A DNA stretch of 64,000 nt from positions 148,428,001-148,492,000 of the forward strand of contig OX597817.1 of the NCBI GenBank assembly GCA_951406725.2. Direction: 5' to 3'. The translations under genes and the position numbers were made by a program. Below are positions 54,322 through 64,000 of the stretch, in pieces (the stretch's first letter is position 1; every line of letters begins with the position of its first letter). Under the pieces are notes generated by a model, which ran no database searches, was not told the DNA's origin, and worked only from the letters and a program-made list of their open reading frames with translations. The DNA is from Octopus vulgaris (lineage: Eukaryota).

Positions 54322-54416
54322 TCACTGCATAGATTCGAACTCGAAATCTTGGGGTTAATAGCCCGCGCTCTTAACCACTACGCCATATGCCCATGGGCAT
54401 ATGGCGTAGTGGTTAA
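54229..54416 (-). mobile_element. 5' half (tRNA-like head) of the family H element split by the Dong LINE, ending in a 46 bp palindrome
   Basis: A box tggcgtagtgg, B box gagttcgaatc; perfect palindrome 54371-54416. Confidence 0.8.
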
Positions 54417-54440
54417 ATACACAACTGAAAAATTAGACAT

Positions 54441-54840
54441 ATAGGCGCAGCGGTGGCTTTGTAGTAAGTGGCTTGTTCACCACCACATGGATCCGGGTTC
54501 AGTCCCACTGCTTAGCAACTTGGGCAAGTGTCTTCTGCTTCAGCCTCGTGTCGACCAAAGCCTTGTGTGTGGATTTGGCAGACGGAAACTAAAAGAAGCC
54601 TGTCGTATATGTCTGTGTGTGTGCGCGTGCGTGTGTTCGTGTGCCTGTGTTTTTTCCACCGCCATTGCTTGACAACAGCCAATGCTAGTTTGTTTGCGTC
54701 CCCCTAACCTACCGGTTCGGCGAAAGATACCAATAAAATACGTACTAGGCTTACAAAGAATAAACTCTGGGGTCGATTTGCTCGATGAAAGACGATCATA
54801 CAGCATGGCCGCCGTCAAATGACTGCAAGAATTAAATGAA
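54441..54840 (+). mobile_element. SINE family A
   Basis: Family head-to-tail match. Confidence 0.88.
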
Positions 54841-55194
54841 AAGAAAAGAAATTTCCCACAAAATCTTTTTCGCATATTTTTTCTATTTTTTCCTGTCCTT
54901 TTTTTTATCATTTTTTTCTAAATATTTATCGTTGATTGGAACTTTTTTAAAATTGGCCGAGAATGGAAAATGCAAATAGTTTTTATGTCACAAATTGTAT
55001 TCGTCTTCTTTGGTTTCACGTTTTAATTCCCAATATGATTTTTTAATCTCTGACTAGATTGTGTCACTGCTGCGTGACGAATAATCTCTGTAATACCGTG
55101 TGTACTGAGTGGCGTTATCCTCTTTAAGATACTCGTTCAGATTAAGATACTCGTTCTATATATTATATATTTGAAACTTAATGTCTCTGAACAA

Positions 55195-55350
55195 AGGTGC
55201 AAGCGAAGCTGTGTGGTAAGAAGCTTACTTCCCAACCGCACGTTTCCGGCTTCAATCCCACTGCGTGGAGCATCTTGGGCAAGTGTGTTGTTTTAATATA
55301 AAACCTTTTGTGTGGATTTGGCAGATGGAAGCTGAAAGTAGCCCGTCGTG
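55195..55350 (+). mobile_element. SINE family A 5' fragment
   Basis: gctgtgtggtaagaagc..cccactgcgtgg..cttgggcaagtg. Confidence 0.75.
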
Positions 55351-56328
55351 TGTTAGGGGCATTATTTCCCGTATTAATAAACACATGCACTGGTTTGGTC
55401 CTTTTCGGTTATTGTTAGTTAATGGGTTAGTTACTTAGTTAACCAATTTATCGATCAGCCGTTTTTTACAAGTTTTTCAAACTCATATGTCAAACACTTT
55501 GGTGAAACAGTTAATCGTTCCAATGTTCAGTATTGTTAGTGTTTTCATTTCTTTGTCAAATAATTATTTCATCGCATTGTCGCAATCTCCTCTACTGCCA
55601 TTTCCGTTGAACTTATGTTCTAGTGTTGGGATTTGTCCGAGATCTGTCTGAGATAAGTATGTGAGTGTGTGTATGTCTGCATATGTCTGAATGTGCGTGT
55701 GTTTATCCATAAGTGTTTGCATACGTATGTGTGTGAGTGTGTGTGCGTGTTTTAAATACTATGTTATTTTTCGTATGCATAAGATAGCAGTGTTGGTTTT
55801 CTCGTTGTTTTCTTTACATGAAGATGCATGAAGTCTTGTGTGTGTTTCTATTTCTCCCAATGTTTGCACAGGGAGTGGGGTATGTTTTTCATTATTCTAA
55901 GTCAGCTATTAATATACTAATTTTCACATTGTGTGATAGAGCCGAACTCTTGTGGATCACATATTTCGAGGACATGTATGTATATACATATATATTTATG
56001 TGTGCGTGTGTTTTTGTGTTTGTCTTTGCCCCTCCTCACCACCATCGCTTGACAACCGGTGTTGGTGTGTTTATATCCCCGAAACGCGTAAAGGAGAAAA
56101 AGAGTAAATACATAATGTTGAACAAATTCATGATATTGTTTTAATATTTGGATGAAACCGTTGTAGTTTAATTACTAGATCCACTTACAGTTCTCTATTT
56201 AAGAGATGAGGAATTATGTACGTTATTTATATTATTTAAATTATTTACATTTGACGGACACTGCAAACTTCATCATGTCTTGGGGAAATTTCGAACCTGG
56301 GTTCTCATTCCTAAGGTAATTTTCGAGA

Positions 56329-56398
<70 letters not shown>

Positions 56399-56426
56399 GT
56401 TATTATTATTATTATTATTATTATTC

Positions 56427-57360
56427 AGTAGTTTTATTTTTATAGCGTGCTTTCACTTCACCACCGAGCGCAGCTCTGTGTGCCTTGGATATGTGCTGTG
56501 ATTTGTTGTGATGCTCTGATGGTTATTGTATGGAAAGTGTTCTGCGTAGGATGTGTGCAGTGCCTCGTAGTGCAATTTTCTGTATGTCATATGTGTTTGT
56601 AAGTCCTGGTGTTTTTGTTATGTATTTGTCTGAATATTTTTTTATCATGCCTAATGCACCTACTATGATAGGAATTGTTTCTGTTTTTAGATTCCACATT
56701 CTGGTTACCTCTATTTCCAGGTCTTTGTATTTTGAGAGTTTCTCCATTTCTTTTAGAGACACGTTGTCATCTGCCGGTATTGATACATCAATTAGAAAGC
56801 ATTTTTTTTCTTCATGATCTCTGACAACTATATCTGGCCTGTTGGCCTTAATTTCTCAATCTCTGTGTATCGGCATATCCCAGAGTATGGTTGCTGTCTC
56901 GTTTTCTGTGACCTTTTCTGGTGTGTGCCTATACCATCTTTTTTCTGTTGTTATTCCATAATGTTGGCATAGCTTCCAATGTATGTAGGTTCCAACTCTG
57001 TCATGTCTGTGAATATATTCCTTCTTAGCCAGGACTGGGCAGCTAGAGATAATATGATTTATTGTTTCTTGTCCATCTCCACATATTCTGCAGTTACTTG
57101 TAATATTTCTTTTCATTACATGTTTTTGGTAATTTCTGGTGGGGAGGCTTTGGTCTTGTGCTGCAATTAAAAATCCCTCTGTTTCTGCTTTGAATCCTGA
57201 GCTTCTCAACCATTGCTGGGATTTTTCTTTGTCTATTTCTTTTGCGTTTAGTTTAGTGCAGTATTTACCATGAAGGGGCTTTTCTTGCCATCGTTTTATC
57301 ATGGTTCGTTGCTGTTCTATTTTTAGTTTGGATTTCATTTGTTTTATAGCTTTTGTTGTT
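56427..57360 (-). pseudogene. 5'-truncated Dong/R4 LINE (CCHC plus RLE)
   Basis: WQEKPLHGKY..AETEGFLIAAQDQ..CRICGDGQETINHIISSC..KLSKYKDLEIE..HILRRTLS. Confidence 0.9.
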
Positions 57361-57454
57361 TCTTCATCTTCTTCTTCTTCTTCTTCTTCTTCTTCTTCTT
57401 CTTCTTCATATTTATGGTATGATTTCTTGTTTGTATTTGTCAGCTTATTATTAC

Positions 57455-57499
<45 letters not shown>

Positions 57500-57520
57500 C
57501 ATTATTATTATTATTATTAT

Positions 57521-57957
<437 letters not shown>

Positions 57958-58060
57958 CATTATTATTATTATTATTATTCAGTTCACTGCCTGGAATTGA
58001 ACTCGGAATGTTGGGGTTTGTAACCGGCGCTCTTAACCACTACACCATATGCCCGTTGGC

Positions 58061-58144
<84 letters not shown>

Positions 58145-58639
58145 CCCAAAAATAAGCAACAAGAATGGATCCGGTAATTTAGTACAATCGTTTCATACTA
58201 TAACAATTTATTAAAGCTGCAAATATTACAGCAAATATATTTTTGGGTTATAATCACCCCACATAACTTTATGGGTAATACCATAAAAAATTCTGATGCA
58301 TCTAAATTAAGTACCATATTCATTTGAATCTAAATTGTTTTACACATAAATATATATATATATATATATTTCTGTATATGATAAAAAATAATGATCAATC
58401 ATTAATGAATAAGGTATCAGTTCAAGTCATTTGACGATCAGACATCTGCATGAGTGCTTCATAGTTTGTAGCCTATAGTCTGTAACTGCAACAAAAGGAA
58501 ATGTCTTTTTGAAGCGTAGACCTTATGAGATTTTGTCCATCATAGAAGGATAAAAATATCGAATTGCAATTTATAACTCAAGAAACATTGTACATTATGT
58601 ATCATTCTAAACAAATCATACAAATATTTTCTTAAAGGA

Positions 58640-59100
58640 ATACTTCCTGACCACGTCGTTCCTGGTTCATTCCCACTGTGTAGCACCTTGGGCATGTCTC
58701 CTCTACAATATGTCCGGGTCGACCAAAGCATTGTGTGTGGTTCTGGTAGACAGAAACTAAAGAAAGCGAGCTGGCAGAAACGTTAACACGCCGGGCGAAA
58801 TGCTTAGCTGTATTTCGTCTACCGTTACGTTCTGAGTTCAAATTCCGCTGAGGTCGACTTTGCCTTTCATTCTTACAGCGTCGATAAGTTAAGTACCAGT
58901 TACGCACTGGGGTCGATATAATCGACTTAATTCGGTTGTCTGTCCATGTTTGTCCTCTCTATGTTTAGCCCCATGTGGGTACTAAAGAAATAGTTACAGG
59001 TATTTCGTCTTCCGTTACCTACTGAGTGCAAATTCCGCCGAGGTCAACTTTGTCTTTCATCCTTTCGCGGTCGATAAATTAAGTACCAATAAAGAAATAA
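58640..59100 (+). mobile_element. SINE family A fragment followed by SINE family B with a partial duplication
   Basis: Family A motifs to about 58765, then gcgagctggcagaaacgtt..gtcgactttgcctttcat; second partial body 58999-59088. Confidence 0.8.
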
Positions 59101-59127
59101 GAAAATAAAGGGAGCCTATCGTGTATA

Positions 59128-59197
<70 letters not shown>

Positions 59198-59661
59198 GAG
59201 AAAGAGAAAGAGAGAGAGAGAATACAATAAGTACCACGATTTTAAAAAAAATTGGGGGTCAATTCATTCGACTAACATTCTTCAAGTTGGTGCTCCAGCG
59301 TGGCCGCAGTCTAAAATGACTGCAACAAGAAAACGATAATAAAAATAAGGATACCTTTCAAAACGCTCGTAAAATCAACAACCTGTATACAAGTAAATGT
59401 ATCACTAAATCTATACGGTGTGAGTGTGTGTGCGTGTGTATGTGTGTGTGTGTATGTGCGTATGCATGGTTACGTTTGTGTTTACATATTGTTTTGCGGA
59501 ACGCCAAATACCTGCATACAAAGGAGAAACAGAATTCGCAAGGTGAATGTGTATAGCGACGTAATTGCACCTCCATAATGCATTCCCGTATATCCGTTGT
59601 ATGTATACACACATTCATACATACATTTGTATACACATACATGCATACTTACCCACATAGA

Positions 59662-59721
<60 letters not shown>

Positions 59722-60059
59722 TATGTTACACACACATCTATGCATGTGTGGAGAAATAAATGAGATAGAAAGGGAAAGGGAGACGAGAAAAGTGTCAGAG
59801 TTTACGATGGAATGAAATTCTAGCATTTGAACGTATACTGACGAAGCACTTATAGAGGACTTGCATATAAACACAAAATGGAACCAGCACATGCGTATAT
59901 ATGTGTGCATGCACACACACGCACACAGACACACACACACACACACACACACGCATATATATATGTATTTATATATATGTACACATACATATATATATAT
60001 GTGTGTGTATATATATACATGTATATATATGTATGCATACATATATAATATACATATGT

Positions 60060-60104
<45 letters not shown>

Positions 60105-60138
60105 AATATATATATACATACATATATACATGTATATC

Positions 60139-60169
<31 letters not shown>

Positions 60170-61010
60170 TTATTTATTTATTTATATACATATATAGACA
60201 CACACACACACATATATATATATACATATATATATACAATATATATTTATATACACACTATATATATTTATACATAGTACACACATACATATATACATTA
60301 GTGCACATGCACCTACGCACACTAATGTGTCTCTCTGTATTTCAGCTTCCATCTACGCGTACCTGCTGATTAGTATGCGTCTCTATTTATCAAGCTATTT
60401 ATATATATAACTAGCAGTTTTTGTCTTCGTTCTTCGTGCAGCAGTTTCCATTAAGACGATGTCAATTCAAAGCTCGTCACATATTTGTTTGCATCTAAAA
60501 TTGCCTCACGATATATCTCTCCAATATAGACGGCTTACATCGAGATCCGAAGTGGAAAATTCCTGCATTAGAATGAAATGAATGTTGCTGCATAGAATAC
60601 ATACCTAAGGGCGTATATTTGAGAGGGGGATTAAGGGCTGAAGGAAACGTATCGATAAACTGAAGATATTTGCATACTTGTGAATATGTCCGATTTCCGC
60701 CATTAATTCACGTGTTCAACTAGATTCGATATGGACAAAAAATTTGAATTTTCATTTGCATTTAGTAAAACTATTCAACAACTGAATGCATTTATTTTGA
60801 ATATTTCATAGAATATTGGAAACGTTGTGATGATTTTTCTCTGAAATTCACTCTCGTTTCGTTATTTATGTACATATATTTTTCGCTTATTTACTTTCAT
60901 GTTTTTCCTTCAGTTTCTTTCTTTCAGGTTATATCGATCGCTGTATCAATATTTCTCCTGATGCATGTACTTAAAGGTAGTCTAGCAATTACATTATTAT
61001 CTTCAACGGA

Positions 61011-61070
<60 letters not shown>

Positions 61071-61099
61071 TAATAATAATAATAACAACAATAATTTCT

Positions 61100-61530
61100 A
61101 TTGTTGGCACAAGGCCTGAAATTAGGAAGGAAAAGGCAGTCGATCAAATTAACCCCCTCCCCGAGCGCAGCTGGTGCTTATTTCATCGACCCCAAAATGA
61201 TAAAAGGCAAAGTAGATCGCGACAGAATTTGAACTCAGATCGTTTAAATGGACGAAATACAGCTATCGAATCTACTAGATCATCACCTTCCATAATAATT
61301 ATTATTTCTACACTAGCCAGAGCGCCTGAAACTTTAGAGGAGGTATAAGCCGATTACTTCGAATCCAACCCCGGTCTCCCGCGTGACTTACCACTATAAT
61401 ACCGAATCCTTTCTAATGAAGGCGCAATGCCTGAAATTCTGGGGAAGGTGGTAAGTCGGTTGCATCGACCTCAGTATCCAGCTTGTACGTAATTTATTGA
61501 CCTTGGAAGGATGAAATGTAAAGTTGACAT
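61100..61530 (-). mobile_element. cluster of diverged SINE family B fragments
   Basis: catcgacc..aaaggcaaagtaga..gaatttgaactcag and catcgacctcagt..gaaggatgaaa. Confidence 0.65.
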
Positions 61531-61544
61531 GCTGGAGACTAACA

Positions 61545-62280
61545 GTAACTGGAGAATCCTGGGATGGACAACGGCCTAACTTCTGAAAGAAATACCTCAT
61601 CTGTACCCATATTCATATGGCGGCACATTTAATTTAATATTAAGCAAGCCAGAATCAATACGAAACTAGATGCTGGAAGGCCAAATCACCCAAAAACTAC
61701 CCCAAAATTCTCCAAACAAGGACATCGTACACCCAAAATATTATAGGTTAATATCACGATAATCAACATCTTATGAACCTCTCACATCGGTGATCTATAA
61801 GAGGTTAGTAGTATGACTGGAAAACAATAATGTATTACCAAAAGATCAAAAGAGTTGAAGAGGGATGTATGGTTGTAATGAATAGCTTCTGGTAAATCGA
61901 GCCATTATAGAGGACTGTAAGAAGAGAAAGACAAACCTCAACATGACTTGGATCGAGTACCAGAACGCATTCGACAGTGTTCCCCACTCGTGGATAATTG
62001 ACTCTCTCCACATAAATAAGGTAGCCCCAACACTACTAAAATATATCAACCATATGATAGCAAACTGGAAAATCAGAATAATAATGAAAAATTAATCACA
62101 GGCCATTAAAACCTGTCCTATAGTCATAAAAGGAGGGGATTTTCCAAGGAGACTCGCTGTCGCCCTGTCTTTCAGCCTTGTAAAAGCCAAGAATGGATCA
62201 AAACTCTGGACTAAAAGCTATAACATAATGACTGATTCTCGCTGCACAAGACCACTACCTGACCACAAACAACTATAAAA
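61545..62280 (+). pseudogene. decayed Dong/R4 RT remnant
   Basis: GMYGCNE*LLVNRAIIEDCKKRKTNLNMTWIEYQNAFDSVPHSWII and GIFQGDSLSP. Confidence 0.8.
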
Positions 62281-63483
62281 ACAAAATAGAGTAACCTCCC
62301 GGTGAAGTACACACCCGTTTTAGTACGCATTCCGGGTACGTACGCGCAATATGTTCAAGAATCCCAGATTCAAGTTTATCAACAATTTATTCAACGGCAA
62401 CATTGAGAGACATCTAAATAGGCATGTGATATATTGTGAAGTTTATTGTTTAAACATGTCGTGCAAAGTCATCTGACTCAGATTTTGTGTTGTTTGTTTC
62501 TTTTTGTTGTTGTTGTTTTTTTTGTAAAAATTTACATCCGCCCACCTTGAGATACAAATATTTGTACTTCTTTCTTAGTGCTGCAGTGATCCCCATATCA
62601 TATGCCTATCTCCAGCTGGTGCAGTTAGGTGTTTGTTTATGTGTGAGGGGGAAATACAACATTGACGTTATCCCGTTCAAAATATTCAAATATGTATAAA
62701 AGTGCACGTGTGTGTAACTGTGTGTGGGTTTTGCGCTCTCGCCTGTTTTGCTATATAATGATTCACTGTAGCTCCTATTCATCTCCATGTTCGTTTTCAA
62801 TCAGTGAAATTAGAATGAGATTTGCAAATATCTTTACTTGAAAAAATTCTTAAGAGTGATGAAGGTTATTGTGAGACGGGTAAAGATTTACTAACTCAAG
62901 ATGAATTTTGAACATATATCTGACTTGCTGTCAGATATATGAACTAAATTAAATTTTAATTTATCGTGTTGCAAATGGACTCTATACAGATGTAGCAAAA
63001 GAGAAATAAAGTCTATAAATACTGGCTAATATATTGTAGGTAAAGTGGCATTGCCAGTGTGCTTGGGTATATGAATTATATTCATGCATCAAACTTAAAG
63101 ATCAGTCAATTTAATTTGATCTTTATACTTTAAATAATACTGTATTTCCTTTATTCAGAATCATATAAATTTCTTGTTTCCGTACTATTTATATATAAGA
63201 GCTGCTATATATAGAATTTTTCTCAATCAATTTTATATAAAAGCTGTTTCAAGTCCATAAATTAAAATTTAATTTGCTTCGACCAACTGACAGCTAGAAA
63301 AATTTATTTAAGTTCGTCTGACATAAATAATTCTCGATTTGCATGCAACACTTTATTGAGCTATTCATGTATACATATCGAAAACTTTGTAACTTGCCCA
63401 TTATATATATAAACATATATATGTATATATGTATATATATATATAATTTTTATTTATATAATTCTTATTATGATTATTATTAA

Positions 63484-63822
63484 TGAGAAAGACAGAATAT
63501 AGAAGAAACGAGAACTATTATTAAATACTACATTTGTTTTTCTCAATCTCGCATCGATCCCTCGCGGGTGGGATGCTTAACTGATTTAGGAGTATTTATC
63601 GGTGTAGATGTGTCTCTTCATGTGATAATAAGATGTACCTCGTTAAAATAACGACTGTTCCGTAAGATATCTTTTTATCACCTTAAGAGATACATCTACA
63701 CCGACGATTACTCCTAAACCAGTTGTTAAATATCCCATCCGTGAGGGATTGTTGCTAGTTTGGTCGACATAATTGAGGTATTTAATAAACATTCTCGTAT
63801 CTTCCATCTTCTGTTTCTCTCA
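63484..63822. repeat. imperfect fold-back repeat, about 135 bp arms
   Basis: tttaggagta..tcggtgtagatgtgtctctt / aagagatacatctacaccga..tactcctaaa; atccctcgcgggtgggat / atcccatccgtgagggat. Confidence 0.8.
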
Positions 63823-64000
63823 AATAATCAAATTCCAAGAAACCTTGTGACGGTGAACGTGCTTTACAGGTAAGTTACCAGGTATATAACATGCGATTTA
63901 TTATCTAATATATGTGTGTGTGCCTGCGTGTGTATGTATATAAATATATATATAGGGAGAGTTTACGAAAAAAACAAAAGACAAAGACAGGTGGGGTACA

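Noticed and set aside
54317-54392. tRNA gene
   Set aside because: A and B boxes are present but there is no pairing acceptor stem, and the sequence recurs as the head of a dispersed repeat.

Overview
AT-rich eukaryotic DNA made almost entirely of repeats. The SINE families suggest a cephalopod, probably Octopus (recognised from memory, not searched). I found no host protein-coding exon, and most ORF-track entries are translated microsatellites. Contents: many tRNA-derived SINEs; two full-length decayed mariner elements; DD37D/maT-like remnants and MITEs; RTE and CR1 LINE 3' fragments; a young, nearly intact R4/Dong-type site-specific LINE plus four Dong fragments; and a Penelope-like (RT + GIY-YIG) element arranged as a 3.45 kb near-perfect inverted repeat. 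The most interesting signal is a set of short non-coding elements carrying minimal type I hammerhead ribozyme motifs and Penelope-like direct/inverted partial duplications. One is a tRNA-headed (Pol III) element with an internal (TAA)n tract that has been hit repeatedly by Dong LINEs. Another is a 357 bp retrozyme-like unit. All ribozyme calls were made by eye and need folding and cleavage tests.
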